64,000 bases of DNA, from assembly GCA_963718235.1 (NCBI GenBank), contig CAVQYR010000001.1, positions 640,001 through 704,000 on the forward strand. The letters run 5' to 3'. A program made the translations under genes and the position numbers. The stretch's first letter is position 1. Each line of letters begins with the position of its first letter. The notes beneath the pieces are model-generated. The model was not told the origin of the DNA. It searched no databases and was given only the letters and a program-made list of their open reading frames with translations. This stretch comes from an uncultured Actinomycetota bacterium. Lineage in GTDB: Bacteria; Actinomycetota; Actinomycetes; JAHEKZ01. Shown here piece by piece: positions 22,136 to 32,902 of the stretch.

Positions 22136-23134
22136 GTGACCCCGTCCAGCCCGTTCGGCCTCACGGTCTCCGACGACCGGCTCGCGGCCGATCTTCGGAT
22201 CGGGCTCGACTCGGTCGAGACGCTGCTGCGGGAGACCGTGAAGAGCGAGTACCCGTTCGTCACGGAGACCTCCCGGCACCTCGTCGACGCGGGGGGCAAG
22301 CGTTTCCGGCCGCTGCTGGTTCTCCTGGCCGCGCAGTATGGCGACGGCGCAGCGCCCGGCGTCGTGCCGTCCGCCGTCGTGGTCGAGCTCACCCACCTGG
22401 CCACGCTCTACCACGACGACGTCATGGACGAGGCGTCCATCCGCCGCGGTGCGCCTTCGGCGAACGCCCGGTGGGACAACACGGTGGCGATCCTCACCGG
22501 TGACTTCCTGTTCGCCAAGGCGTCGGAGCTGCTGGCCGATCTGGGACCAGCCGCTGTGCGGATCCAGGCGCGCACGTTCGAGCGGCTGTGCACCGGCCAG
22601 ATCAAGGAGACGGTCGGCCCCGGTGAGGGGGAGGACCCGGTCGACCACTACCTGTCGGTCGTGGCGGACAAGACCGGGTCCCTGATCGCCACGTCGGGCC
22701 GGTTCGGGGCGATGCTGGCCGGTGCCCCCGACGGCATCGTGGAGCTGCTCACCCGGTTCGGTGAGCGGATCGGGGTGGCGTTCCAGCTGTCCGACGACAT
22801 CCTCGACGTCGCGAGCGACAGCGGGGAGTCCGGCAAGACCCCCGGCACCGACCTGCGCGAGGGGGTCGACACCTTGCCCGTACTCCATCTGCGCCGGGCC
22901 GCCGACCCCGGCGACGCGGCGCTGCTCGCGCTGCTCGACAGCCCTCTCGAGGACGAGGACCGGCTCGGCGAGGCTGTCCGGCGGCTTCGGGGGCATGCGG
23001 CGATGGCCGCGGCCCGCGCGGACCTCCAGCGCTACGCCGACGAGGCGCGCGAGGTGCTCCCGGCGCTGCCCGGGGGCCCGGCCACCGACGCCCTGCACCA
23101 CCTCTGCGACCTGGTCGTGTCCCGAACCGCCTGA
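22136..23134 (+). CDS. hepT: Polyprenyl diphosphate synthase (menaquinone side chain)
   Basis: GGKRFRP, HDDVMD..RRG, GDFL, KTG and FQLSDDILD motifs. Confidence 0.88.
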   Translation: MTPSSPFGLTVSDDRLAADLRIGLDSVETLLRETVKSEYPFVTETSRHLVDAGGKRFRPLLVLLAAQYGDGAAPGVVPSAVVVELTHLATLYHDDVMDEASIRRGAPSANARWDNTVAILTGDFLFAKASELLADLGPAAVRIQARTFERLCTGQIKETVGPGEGEDPVDHYLSVVADKTGSLIATSGRFGAMLAGAPDGIVELLTRFGERIGVAFQLSDDILDVASDSGESGKTPGTDLREGVDTLPVLHLRRAADPGDAALLALLDSPLEDEDRLGEAVRRLRGHAAMAAARADLQRYADEAREVLPALPGGPATDALHHLCDLVVSRTA

Positions 23135-23146
23135 GCCGTCACCGGC

Positions 23147-24055
23147 TCACTCGGTGATGGGGCGCAGCGCCTCGGTCGCCGTCCTGCGGTGCGCCACCAG
23201 ACTCTCGACCGCGATCAGCACCAAGGCGCTCCACACGAGCACAAAGCCCAGCCACCGCGAGGCCGGCATCGGCTCGTCGTAGACGGCCACGCCGATCACG
23301 AACTGCATGACCGGGGCGACGTACTGCATGAGGCCGATCCAGGTCAGAGGCACCCGGGTGGCCGCGGCGCCGAAGAACAGCAGGGGAACCGCCGTCACGA
23401 CTCCCGTGGTCATGAGCAGCACCGCATGCCCGGGCCCTTCCTGGCCCAGTGTGCTCTCGCCGCGTGACTGCAGGAGGATCAGGAAGCCCAGGGCCGGAAG
23501 GAACAGCAGCCCGGTCTCGACCGTGAGGCTCTCGACCGACCCCATGTCGAGGGTCTTCTTGAGCAGGCCGTAGGTGCCGAACGAGAAGGCCAGCACCAGG
23601 GCGATCCAGGGCGGGTGTCCGTAGTCGACGGTGAGCACCAGCACTGCCGCGGCGCCCAGGGCCACAGCCACCCACTGCCAGGCCCGCAGGCGCTCGTGCA
23701 GGAGGACGACCCCGAAGAGGATCGACACCAGGGGGTTGATGAAGTACCCGAGAGACGTCTGCACGACCTGCTCGGAGTTGACGCCGTAGATGTAGGTGCC
23801 CCAGTTCACCGTGATCACGACCGCGGCCGCGGTCAGCAGCAGCATCTGGTGCCGGTTGCGCAGGACGCCGTTCAGCCAGGCCCAGTTGCGCGTGACGGCG
23901 AGGATGACGACGACCACGACGAGCGACCAGATGATCCGGTTGGCCAGGATCTCCAGGGGGCCGGCCGGCTCCAACAACGGCCAGTAGAGCGGGAACAGCC
24001 CCCAGAGCAGGTACGCGGCGAGCCCGAAGACCAGGCCCTTCCGACGCTGCGACAC
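23147..24055 (-). CDS. rarD: EamA/DMT transporter RarD
   Basis: AYLLWGLFPLYW, SLGYFINPL, GLMQY. Confidence 0.92.
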   Translation of the reverse strand: MSQRRKGLVFGLAAYLLWGLFPLYWPLLEPAGPLEILANRIIWSLVVVVVILAVTRNWAWLNGVLRNRHQMLLLTAAAVVITVNWGTYIYGVNSEQVVQTSLGYFINPLVSILFGVVLLHERLRAWQWVAVALGAAAVLVLTVDYGHPPWIALVLAFSFGTYGLLKKTLDMGSVESLTVETGLLFLPALGFLILLQSRGESTLGQEGPGHAVLLMTTGVVTAVPLLFFGAAATRVPLTWIGLMQYVAPVMQFVIGVAVYDEPMPASRWLGFVLVWSALVLIAVESLVAHRRTATEALRPITE

Positions 24056-24079
24056 CCGATGACCCTATTGCCGGTCGGG

Positions 24080-25207
24080 TTAGTCGACCGACCAGGTGTC
24101 CTTGCCGTGCAGAAGGGCCTGCAGCGCCTCGGTCCCGGCCGGTCCGTGCCCGCCTTGCGCCGCCTGCAGCTGCTCGTGCAGCAGGTCGTCGTAGGACGGC
24201 CGGTGCACGTCACGGAAGACCCCGATCGTGCTGCGGTCCAGCGACGTCGGGTCGGCCAGCCGGGACAACGCGAAGGCGATGTCGGGGTTGGCCGCGTGCA
24301 TGTCGTGGACGAGCAGCGCCTTGGTGCCGTACTCGGAGACCTCGACGACCTGCAGGGAGCCGTCGTCTCGCCGGGCGACGCCGTACCGGTCGTCGACCCC
24401 GAACCTGATCGGCTGTCCGTGCACCAGCCTGATCAGCGACTCGTCACGCGTCGCCGGCGAGGTCAGCAGGTCGAAGGCCCCGTCGTTGAAGATGTTGCAG
24501 TTCTGGTAGATCTCCACCAACGCGGTTCCCCGGTGGTGCGCAGCGGCCCGCAGCACGGCGGTGAGGTGTTTGCGGTCGGTGTCGATGCTGCGCGCCACGA
24601 ACGAGGCCTCGGCGCCGAGGGCCAGTGAGACCGGGTTGAACGGGACGTCGAGGGAGCCCAGGGGTGTGGACTTGGTGACCTTGCCCTGCTCGGAGGTCGG
24701 GGAGTACTGCCCTTTGGTCAACCCGTAGATCCGGTTGTTGAACAGCAGGATCTTCAGGTTGACGTTGCGCCGTAGCGCATGGATCAGATGGTTGCCGCCG
24801 ATGGACAGGGCGTCGCCGTCGCCGGTCACGACCCAGACCGACACGTCGGGTCGCGAAAGCGCCAGGCCTGTGGCGATGGCCGGCGCTCGGCCGTGGATCG
24901 AGTGCATGCCGTACGTGTCGACGTAGTACGGGAACCGTGAGGAGCAGCCGATCCCCGAGACGAACACGATGTTCTCCCGCCGCACCTCCAGCTCCGGCAG
25001 GAAGGACTGGACGGCGGCGAGGATCGCGTAGTCACCGCACCCGGGGCACCACCGCACCTCTTGGTCGGTCTTGAAGTCCTTGGTCTTGAGCGGCACCGGT
25101 GCACGGGGCAGGCCGGCGAGCGGGTCGAGCGCTGAGTCCTCGGCCGCGGCGGCGAAGGTGGACCCGAACGAGCCATGGTCGGTCGGGCGAGCGCCCTGGT
25201 CACTCAT
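24080..25207 (-). CDS. korB: 2-oxoacid:ferredoxin oxidoreductase beta subunit
   Basis: WCPGCGD, SGIGCS, HGRA, GDGD TPP motif, YGLTKGQYSPT. Confidence 0.93.
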   Translation of the reverse strand: MSDQGARPTDHGSFGSTFAAAAEDSALDPLAGLPRAPVPLKTKDFKTDQEVRWCPGCGDYAILAAVQSFLPELEVRRENIVFVSGIGCSSRFPYYVDTYGMHSIHGRAPAIATGLALSRPDVSVWVVTGDGDALSIGGNHLIHALRRNVNLKILLFNNRIYGLTKGQYSPTSEQGKVTKSTPLGSLDVPFNPVSLALGAEASFVARSIDTDRKHLTAVLRAAAHHRGTALVEIYQNCNIFNDGAFDLLTSPATRDESLIRLVHGQPIRFGVDDRYGVARRDDGSLQVVEVSEYGTKALLVHDMHAANPDIAFALSRLADPTSLDRSTIGVFRDVHRPSYDDLLHEQLQAAQGGHGPAGTEALQALLHGKDTWSVD

Positions 25208-27062
25208 GTCCGGCCACCTCCCTGATCACCTCGGCGAGCTCTCCCGCCTTGAACGGCAGACCGCGGACCTGGTTGTACTGGACGATGTCGACGAGGAACC
25301 GGCCACGCAGGAGCAGGGCGAGCTGGCCGAGGTTCATCTCCGGCAGGACCACGGTCGGGTAGGCGCGCAGCACGTCCTCGGTGTTGGGCGGGAGCGGGTT
25401 GAGGTACCGGAAGTGCGCCTGCGCGACGTCGAGCCCGGCGTCGCGACAGCGACGGACCGCTGCTCCGATCGGCCCGTACGTCGAGCCCCATCCGATGACG
25501 AGGATCTGCGCGCGGCCGCTCGGGTCGTCGACGTCCAGGACGGGGATCGTCCGGGCGATCCCATCGACCTTGGCCTGGCGGGTTCGGACCATGTGGTCGT
25601 GGTTGACCGGGTCGTAGGACACGTTGCCGGAGCCGTCCTCCTTCTCCAGGCCACCGATCCGGTGCTCCAGGCCCGGTGTACCCGGGATGGCCCACGGACG
25701 CGCGAGGGTCTCCGGGTCGCGCAGGTACGGCCAGAACCGAGGCGTCCCGTCGTCGTCGACGTGGTTGGGCTCGGTCGAGAAGACGACGCCGAGGTCGGGC
25801 AGGGACCCCACGTCCGGTACCTGCCAGGGCTCCGAGCCGTTGGCGAGGTAGCCGTCGCTGAGGACGATCACCGGCGTGCGGTAGGCGAGGGCGATCCGGG
25901 CGGCCTCCAGACCGATGCTGAAGCAGTCGCTGGGTGACCGTGGAGCCAGCACAGGCACCGGTGCCTCGCCGTTGCGGCCGAACATGGCCTGGAGCAGGTC
26001 GGACTGCTCGGTCTTGGTGGGCAGACCGGTCGACGGGCCACCACGCTGGATGTCGCACACGATGAGCGGCAGCTCCAGTGAGACGGCCAGTCCGACCGTC
26101 TCGGCCTTCAGGGCCAGCCCGGGCCCTGAGGTCGTGGTCACGCCGAGGTGACCCCCGAAAGCCGCCCCGAGGGCCGCACCGACACCGGCGATCTCGTCCT
26201 CGGCCTGGAACGTGCGCACACCGAACCGCTTGTGCTTGCTCAGCTCGTGCAGGATGTCCGAGGCCGGAGTGATCGGGTATGAGCCGAGGAACAAGGAGAG
26301 CCCCGACTTCACCGACGCCGCCAGCAGCCCGTAGGCCAGAGCCACATTGCCGCTGATGTTGCGGTAGGTGCCGGACGCCAGTGGGGCGGGCTTGATCTCG
26401 TAGGAGACGGAGAAGTCCTCGGTGGTCTCACCGAAGTTCCAGCCGGCCTTGAACGCAGTGACGTTGGCCGTCATGAGCAGCGGGTTGCTGGCGAACTTGT
26501 GCTCGAGGAAGGCCAGGGTGCCGTCGGTGGGTCGGTGGTACAGCCAGCTCAGCAGCCCGAGGGCGAACATGTTCTTCGCCCGCTCCGCGTCCTTGCGCGA
26601 GACGCCGAGCTCGGCCAGTGCCGTGACCGTCATGGACGTGAGGCCGATGGCGTGCACGCGGTACGCCTCGAGCGTGCCGTCCTCCAGGGGATTCGCGTCG
26701 TAGCCGACCCGCTTCAGGTTCCGGGCGGTGAACTCGTCGGTGTTGACGATGAGGTCCGACCCTCGTGGGAGGTCCTTCAGGTTGGCCCTCAGTGCCGCTG
26801 GGTTCATGGCGACGAGCACGTTGGGGGCGTCGCCCGGAGTCATGATGTCGTGGTCTGCGAAGTGCAGCTGGAACGCGGAGACACCGGGGAGCGTGCCTGC
26901 TGGCGCCCGGATCTCGGCCGGGAAGTCGGGCAGCGTCGCCAGGTCGTTTCCCAGGAGGGCGGTCTCGTGGGTGAAGCGGTCGCCGGTGAGCTGCATGCCG
27001 TCGCCGGAGTCGCCGGCGAACCTGATGATGACGCGGTCCAGCTGGACGACCTCTTTGGTCAC
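25200..27062 (-). CDS. korA: 2-oxoacid:ferredoxin oxidoreductase alpha subunit
   Basis: AGDSGDG, YPITPAS, QAEDEI, TSGPG, QRGGPSTG, EMNLGQ; start GTG 27062. Confidence 0.93.
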   Translation of the reverse strand: MTKEVVQLDRVIIRFAGDSGDGMQLTGDRFTHETALLGNDLATLPDFPAEIRAPAGTLPGVSAFQLHFADHDIMTPGDAPNVLVAMNPAALRANLKDLPRGSDLIVNTDEFTARNLKRVGYDANPLEDGTLEAYRVHAIGLTSMTVTALAELGVSRKDAERAKNMFALGLLSWLYHRPTDGTLAFLEHKFASNPLLMTANVTAFKAGWNFGETTEDFSVSYEIKPAPLASGTYRNISGNVALAYGLLAASVKSGLSLFLGSYPITPASDILHELSKHKRFGVRTFQAEDEIAGVGAALGAAFGGHLGVTTTSGPGLALKAETVGLAVSLELPLIVCDIQRGGPSTGLPTKTEQSDLLQAMFGRNGEAPVPVLAPRSPSDCFSIGLEAARIALAYRTPVIVLSDGYLANGSEPWQVPDVGSLPDLGVVFSTEPNHVDDDGTPRFWPYLRDPETLARPWAIPGTPGLEHRIGGLEKEDGSGNVSYDPVNHDHMVRTRQAKVDGIARTIPVLDVDDPSGRAQILVIGWGSTYGPIGAAVRRCRDAGLDVAQAHFRYLNPLPPNTEDVLRAYPTVVLPEMNLGQLALLLRGRFLVDIVQYNQVRGLPFKAGELAEVIREVAGHE

Positions 27063-27178
27063 CTGCCGATGGTATGCCGGACACACCGTCCGGGCGCGCC
27101 CGGACCACCCCGGGCGGCGGGGGTTGCTCACTACGATGGGCTCTTTGGCGGCCGGGGCGGGATCGGAGGGCGACGGTC

Positions 27179-27562
27179 ATGCTCGACGACTGGAGCGGGT
27201 ACTTCGCCGGCTACGCCGTGCTCGGCATCGTCCTCGCCGTCGGGGTGGCGTTCGTCGGCACCGCTTTGGTGGGTAACGCCCTGCTGCGTCCCTCGGCGCC
27301 CTCCTCGGGCAAGCTGGCGAGCTACGAGTGCGGCCTGGACCCGGTGGGTGACGGCTGGGCGCAGATCCACCTGCGCTACTACGTGTACGCCTACCTGTAC
27401 GTGATCTTCGCCGTCGACGCCGTGTACCTGTTCCCGTGGGCGACGGTCTTCGACGATCCCGGGTTCGGTGCGGTCACGCTGGTCGAGATGTTCGCCTTCC
27501 TGGGCTTCCTCGCGGTCGGCATCCTCTACGCGTGGCGCCGTGGCGTCCTGAGCTGGACGTGA
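27179..27562 (+). CDS. nuoA: Complex I-like subunit A (second copy)
   Basis: [19 protein letters not shown]. Confidence 0.92.
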   Translation: MLDDWSGYFAGYAVLGIVLAVGVAFVGTALVGNALLRPSAPSSGKLASYECGLDPVGDGWAQIHLRYYVYAYLYVIFAVDAVYLFPWATVFDDPGFGAVTLVEMFAFLGFLAVGILYAWRRGVLSWT

Positions 27563-27569
27563 ACCGGCC

Positions 27570-28115
27570 GTGGCCCCCGTCGACATCCCGTCACCCACGC
27601 TGGGTGCACTGAGTCGCGTCGCCCCTCAGCCCATCCGGCTCGTCCTCAACTGGGGTCGTCGTTACAGCCTGTGGGTGTTCAACTTCGGACTGGCATGCTG
27701 TGCGATCGAGTTCATCGCGACCTCGATGAGCCGCTACGACTTCATCCGGCTCGGGGTCATCCCCTTCGCCCCCGGGCCGCGCCAGGCGGACCTCATGATC
27801 GTCTCGGGCACCGTGACGGACAAGATGGCACCGGCCATCAAGCGCCTGTACGACCAGATGCCCGACCCGAAGTACGTCATCTCCTTCGGCGCCTGCTCCA
27901 ACTGCGGCGGTCCCTACTGGGACTCCTACAGCGTCACCAAGGGCGTCGACCAGATCATCCCGGTCGACGTGTACGTCCCGGGATGCCCGCCGCGTCCGGA
28001 GGCGTTGCTGCAGGGGATCCTGAAGCTGCAGCGGAAGATCGCCGACGAGAACCTGGCGACCCGATACCGTCCGTCGGCCGCGGCGCTCCAGCGACCCCTG
28101 GTACCGGCGCCGTGA
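27570..28115 (+). CDS. nuoB: Complex I-like subunit B (second copy)
   Basis: [20 protein letters not shown]. Confidence 0.94.
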   Translation: MAPVDIPSPTLGALSRVAPQPIRLVLNWGRRYSLWVFNFGLACCAIEFIATSMSRYDFIRLGVIPFAPGPRQADLMIVSGTVTDKMAPAIKRLYDQMPDPKYVISFGACSNCGGPYWDSYSVTKGVDQIIPVDVYVPGCPPRPEALLQGILKLQRKIADENLATRYRPSAAALQRPLVPAP

Positions 28116-28696
28116 GCTCCGGCTGGGTCGAGGAGGTCACCGACGCGTTCGCTGCGCTGGACGGAGTGGTCAGCGAGTCCTACGGCGACGTCGTGGTCGA
28201 CCTCCTCAGTGTGCACTGGGTCGACGGGGTCACGATCGCTCGCGACGGCTTGAGACTGTCGTTCTTCGACTGGTTGTCGGCCGTCGACGAGCTGGAGGGG
28301 CTCTTCACCGTGGTGGTCCACGTGTACGACCCGCACCGGCGGCATCGACTGCTGCTTCGCACGCGGGTCGGCGAGTCCGGCTCCGCGAGCGTGGACACCA
28401 TCACCGGTGTCTTCGCCGGAGCCTCGTGGCACGAGCGTGAGACCTGCGAGATGTTCGGTATCCACTTCGAGGGCCATCCGAACCTCGTGCCGCTCCTGCT
28501 CCCGGAGGGGTTCGAGGGGCACCCGTGGCGCAAGAGCTTCGTGCTGGCCTCACGGGCAGCCAAACCCTGGCCAGGGGCCAAGGAGCCGGGAGAGTCGGAG
28601 CACGCCGCCAGCCCCAGCCGTCGCAAGACGCTGCCGCCGGGTGTGCCCGACCCGGCCACCTGGGGTCCACGCCGCGACAGCCAGGAGTCGCCGTGA
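28112..28696 (+). CDS. nuoC: Complex I-like subunit C (second copy)
   Basis: [20 protein letters not shown]; GTGA overlap with nuoB2. Confidence 0.9.
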   Translation: MSSGWVEEVTDAFAALDGVVSESYGDVVVDLLSVHWVDGVTIARDGLRLSFFDWLSAVDELEGLFTVVVHVYDPHRRHRLLLRTRVGESGSASVDTITGVFAGASWHERETCEMFGIHFEGHPNLVPLLLPEGFEGHPWRKSFVLASRAAKPWPGAKEPGESEHAASPSRRKTLPPGVPDPATWGPRRDSQESP

Positions 28697-29643
28697 GCGA
28701 GCTCCTCGAGATCCTGATCCGGGTCGCGGTGGTCCTCGCTGCCTTCCTGACCCTTCCGCTGCTCGTCGGCCAGATGGAGCACAAGGCGATGGCGCACATG
28801 CAGTCGCGCCTCGGCCCCATGTACGCCGGTGCGTTCCACGGCTGGGCCCAGCTCGTCGCCGACGGCGTCAAGTTCGCCCAGAAGGAGCAGGTCGTGCCGA
28901 CGGCAGCGGATGCCAGGGTCTTCCGCCTGGCTCCGGCGATCGCGCTGCTGCCCTACTTCGTCGTCCTCGCCCTGATCCCGATCGCCCCCGACGTCGTCGG
29001 CCGGTCGCTGGACTCAGGCCTGTTCGTCGTGCTGGCGATCATGGCGGTCGGTGTCCTGGGCACGCTCATGGCCGGATGGGCCAGCGCCAACAAGTACGCG
29101 CTGCTCGGCGGGATGCGCCAGGCGGCGCAGCTGATGGCCTACGAGCTCCCCTTCGTCCTGGCCGCCGCCTCCGTGGCCACGGCCGCAGGGACGCTGTCGT
29201 TGACCGGGATCGTCGAGGCCTGGCAGCCGTCCTGGCTCCTGTGGCAGGGCGTCGGTGCGGTGGTGTTCTTCGTTGCCGGACTCGCCGAGCTCAACCGTCC
29301 GCCCTTCGACATGCCCGTGGCCGACTCCGAGGTCATCTTCGGCCCCTACACCGAGTACGGAGGTCTGCGGTTCGCGCTCTTCCTGCTCGCTGAGTACGCC
29401 GGGATCGTGGTCTTGTGCCTGCTCACGGCGGTCCTGTTCCTCGGCGGATGGCAGGGTCCGTTCGGGGACTCGCTGGTCTGGACCCTGGCCAAGGGTGCGG
29501 TTCTGGCCTTCGTCGTGATCTGGCTGAGGGTGAGCTTCCCGCGCCTGCGCGAGGACCAGCTCCAGCGGCTCGCCTGGCAGGGCCTGGTCCCGCTGGCGCT
29601 CGCCCAGCTCGCCGTCACCGGCGTCGTCAAGGTGGTCTGGTGA
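28693..29643 (+). CDS. nuoH: Complex I-like subunit H (second copy)
   Basis: [26 protein letters not shown]. Confidence 0.92.
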   Translation: MSELLEILIRVAVVLAAFLTLPLLVGQMEHKAMAHMQSRLGPMYAGAFHGWAQLVADGVKFAQKEQVVPTAADARVFRLAPAIALLPYFVVLALIPIAPDVVGRSLDSGLFVVLAIMAVGVLGTLMAGWASANKYALLGGMRQAAQLMAYELPFVLAAASVATAAGTLSLTGIVEAWQPSWLLWQGVGAVVFFVAGLAELNRPPFDMPVADSEVIFGPYTEYGGLRFALFLLAEYAGIVVLCLLTAVLFLGGWQGPFGDSLVWTLAKGAVLAFVVIWLRVSFPRLREDQLQRLAWQGLVPLALAQLAVTGVVKVVW

Positions 29644-30182
29644 CGACGCCGGACCGCTCGCGACGCGCGCTGCCGGGCTCCGGCCTGGTCAAGGGCCTGG
29701 GTGTGACCCTGCGTTCGATGACCCGGCGTTCGGTCACCGAGCAGTACCCCGACGTGAAGCCGGAGCTTCCCCCGCGCTCGCGCGGGGTGATCGCGCTGCT
29801 CGAGGAGAGCTGCACCGTGTGCATGCTGTGCGCACGCGAGTGCCCCGACTGGTGCATCTACATCGACTCCCACAAGGAGGTCGTCCCCGCGACCGAGCCG
29901 GGCGCGCGAGACCGCACCCGCAACATGCTCGACCGGTTCGCGATCGACTTCTCGCTGTGCATGTACTGCGGCATCTGCATCGAGGTCTGCCCTTTCGATG
30001 CGCTGTTCTGGTCGCCGGAGTTCGAGTACGCCGAGCTGGACATCCGTGACCTGGTCCATGAGAAGGACCGGCTGCGCGAGTGGATGTGGACGGTTCCAGC
30101 TCCTCCTGCTGCTGACGTCACGGCGCAGGAGCCCAAAGAGGTGACCGCTGCGCGCAAGGCCGCAGAGGAGCCAGGTTCGTGA
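29640..30182 (+). CDS. nuoI: Complex I-like subunit I (second copy)
   Basis: [12 protein letters not shown] and [12 protein letters not shown]. Confidence 0.92.
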   Translation: MTTPDRSRRALPGSGLVKGLGVTLRSMTRRSVTEQYPDVKPELPPRSRGVIALLEESCTVCMLCARECPDWCIYIDSHKEVVPATEPGARDRTRNMLDRFAIDFSLCMYCGICIEVCPFDALFWSPEFEYAELDIRDLVHEKDRLREWMWTVPAPPAADVTAQEPKEVTAARKAAEEPGS

Positions 30183-30706
30183 GCGCGCTGCTCTCGCCGA
30201 GCGCGCTCGAGCTGGTCTTCGCCCTCTTCGGGCTCGTGGCCGTTGCTGCGGCGGTGGTGGTGGTGACGACCCGTCACCTGGTTCATGCGGCGCTGTGGCT
30301 GGTGGTGTCGCTCGGGGCGGTGGCTGGGTGCTTCCTTCTCCTGAGCGCGGAGTTCGTGGCCTGGATGCAGGTGCTGGTCTACGTCGGAGCGGTCGTCGTG
30401 ATCGTGCTGTTCGGGTTCATGCTCACTCGAGCACCGATCGGGCCCAGCGACGACCTCACGACCGGAAACCGGTGGGCGGCCCTGCTGGTCGCCGGCGGTG
30501 CCACCGCGGCGCTGGTCGTGCTCCTCATCGACGGCTTCGCCGAGGTGGTGCTCGACCTGTCCGACCCGGTTCCGGCCGATGCTGCGGTGATCGGCAGCGC
30601 GCTGTTCCGCTGGTGGGTGCTGCCTTTCGAGGCGTTGTCGGTCCTGCTGCTGGCAGCCCTGATCGGCGCGATCGCGGTGTCCCGCCTGCGACGTCGGGAG
30701 GTGTGA
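30179..30706 (+). CDS. nuoJ: Complex I-like subunit J (second copy)
   Basis: [18 protein letters not shown]. Confidence 0.92.
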   Translation: MSALLSPSALELVFALFGLVAVAAAVVVVTTRHLVHAALWLVVSLGAVAGCFLLLSAEFVAWMQVLVYVGAVVVIVLFGFMLTRAPIGPSDDLTTGNRWAALLVAGGATAALVVLLIDGFAEVVLDLSDPVPADAAVIGSALFRWWVLPFEALSVLLLAALIGAIAVSRLRRREV

Positions 30707-30707
30707 C

Positions 30708-31046
30708 GTGCACGCGCTGTACCCGCTGCTCGTCTCGGCCCTGCTGTTCGGCGTGGGGATCTACGGCGTACTGGCCAGGCGCAACGCGATCCTCGTGCTG
30801 ATGTCGGTGGAGATCATGCTCAATGCGGTGAACCTGGCCCTGGTCACCTTCGACGTCATGCTCGACGACCCCACTCATGCCGGGCAGTCGCTGAGTGTGT
30901 TCGTCATCACGATCGCGGCGGCCGAGATCGGGCTGGGTCTGGCCATCGTGCTGCTGGTGTTCCGGCTGCGTCGCACGATCGCGGTCGACGACCTGCACGA
31001 CCTGGGCGAGGGCCGCTCGGACGACCTGTCGAAGAGCCGCCCGTGA
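30708..31046 (+). CDS. nuoK: Complex I-like subunit K (second copy)
   Basis: [18 protein letters not shown]. Confidence 0.92.
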   Translation: MHALYPLLVSALLFGVGIYGVLARRNAILVLMSVEIMLNAVNLALVTFDVMLDDPTHAGQSLSVFVITIAAAEIGLGLAIVLLVFRLRRTIAVDDLHDLGEGRSDDLSKSRP

Positions 31047-32902
31047 CCGGCCTCTGGCTCGTGGCCGGTCCGCTGGCTGCGGCCCTGGCCGGCCTCTGCC
31101 TCGGCGGCCTCGGGCGTCGTTGGGTCGCCGCGATCGCGGTGCTCGGGGCGACCGCCGCCCTGGTGGTCGGTGTCGCCCTTGCCGCCCAGCAGCCCTGGCA
31201 GGAGCCAGTGGTCGCCGACGGGCTGCGTGGCGCCTGGGTCGTGCTTCCGCTGGCCACGGTCGTCGACGGCCTCGCGGTGACGGTCGCCGTGATGGTCGCC
31301 GTCGTCGCGCTGCTCGTCCAGGTCTACTCCACGGCCTACCTGCGCGGTGAGCCCCGATACGCCACCTACGCCGCGTTCGTCTCGCTGTTCACCGCCGCGA
31401 TGCTGGCGGTCGTCGTCGCAGGAGACCTGTTGCTGCTGGTCATCGGCTGGGAGGTCATGGGGCTGTGCTCGTACGTGCTGATCGGTCAGAACTGGGAGGA
31501 CCCCGCGGCGCGGGCCGCGGCGGTCAAGGCCTTTCTCGTGACCAAGACGGGCGACGTGGGCTTCGTCGTCGGCGTCATCGTGCTCATCGCCTCGACCGGG
31601 ACCCTGCTGCTGGGTGACGCCGTCGCGGCTGCTTCCAACGTGACCAGCACCGCCACGGTGGTCACCTTGCTCCTGTTGATGGGCGTCGTGGGGAAGTCGG
31701 CCCAGTTCCCCCTTCATGCGTGGCTCCCCGATGCGATGGCGGGCCCGTCGCCGGTGAGTGCGCTGATCCACGCTGCGACGATGGTGGCGGCCGGGATCTA
31801 CGTCGTCGCGCGTACCTTCCCGATGTGGCAGGCGGCTCCCGTGACTCTGGCGGTCATGGCGGTGATCGCCTGCCTCACCATGCTGGGTGCAGCGTTGGCC
31901 GCCCTGGTCCAGACCGACCTGAAGCGCGTGCTCGCGTGGTCCACGGTGAGCCAGCTTGCGTACATGCTGGCGGCACTCGCCGTGGGCAGCGAGCAGGCGG
32001 CGGTGTTCCACCTCGTCTCCCACGCGTTCTTCAAGGCACTTCTGTTCCTGTGCGCCGGAGCGGTGATCCAGGCGGTCGGCTCGACGCTGATGTCGCAGAT
32101 GGGCGGACTGCGTCGGAGGCTGCCGGTGACGTCCGCCACGATGGCGGTGGCGCTGCTGTCCCTGGCCGGCGTTCCTGTCCTGTCGGGGTTCTTCTCCAAG
32201 GAGTCGGTGCTCGCCGCCGCCGAGCGAGCCGCGCAGGGCGACGCGGTCGTAGGGGCATGGGCGGGGTGGGCCGTGCTCGCAACCGCCCTCGTCACGATTG
32301 CCGTCACCGCCGCCTATGCCGCACGGGTCTGGCTTCTCGCGTTCGCCGGCCGGTACCGGGGTGACGGCCAACCGGGCGATGCCCCGGCCGCGATGCGCTG
32401 GCCGCTCGTCGTCCTGGCGGTCCCGGCGGCGGTCTTCGGGCTCACCGGCCTGGTGGCCTCGTGGTTCCCGACCTGGTCGTGGCCGACGGCGACCGCGGTG
32501 CTGGACCCTGAGGCGCTGCCCCCCACCCCGCTCACGACTGGTCTGTCGGTGCTGCTCGTCGCCGCCGGGGCCGCAGTCGTCGCTCGTCGTTGGCGCGAAG
32601 ACCGGACAGCCGACCCGACTCCCCTCGGCGGGGCGATCGCCGGATCGGCGAGGAGCGGATTCGGCTGGGACGCCGTGTACGAAGCCGTGGCCGTGCGCCC
32701 GTTCGCCGCTGTCACCCGGCTGACCTGCGCCGTCGACGACCGCCTGATCGGACGCACCGTCCGGCAGGTGGGCCAGGCAGCCAACCACCTCGGCACGGGG
32801 GTCCAGCGAGCACACCCCGGCTACGTGCAGAAGGGGCTCACTGCGGCACTGACCCTGACCGTGCTCGGTGTCGTCGTCGTCGCGGTGGCGGTGTCCACGT
32901 GA
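31043..32902 (+). CDS. nuoL: Complex I-like subunit L (second copy)
   Basis: [32 protein letters not shown]. Confidence 0.92.
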   Translation: MTGLWLVAGPLAAALAGLCLGGLGRRWVAAIAVLGATAALVVGVALAAQQPWQEPVVADGLRGAWVVLPLATVVDGLAVTVAVMVAVVALLVQVYSTAYLRGEPRYATYAAFVSLFTAAMLAVVVAGDLLLLVIGWEVMGLCSYVLIGQNWEDPAARAAAVKAFLVTKTGDVGFVVGVIVLIASTGTLLLGDAVAAASNVTSTATVVTLLLLMGVVGKSAQFPLHAWLPDAMAGPSPVSALIHAATMVAAGIYVVARTFPMWQAAPVTLAVMAVIACLTMLGAALAALVQTDLKRVLAWSTVSQLAYMLAALAVGSEQAAVFHLVSHAFFKALLFLCAGAVIQAVGSTLMSQMGGLRRRLPVTSATMAVALLSLAGVPVLSGFFSKESVLAAAERAAQGDAVVGAWAGWAVLATALVTIAVTAAYAARVWLLAFAGRYRGDGQPGDAPAAMRWPLVVLAVPAAVFGLTGLVASWFPTWSWPTATAVLDPEALPPTPLTTGLSVLLVAAGAAVVARRWREDRTADPTPLGGAIAGSARSGFGWDAVYEAVAVRPFAAVTRLTCAVDDRLIGRTVRQVGQAANHLGTGVQRAHPGYVQKGLTAALTLTVLGVVVVAVAVST

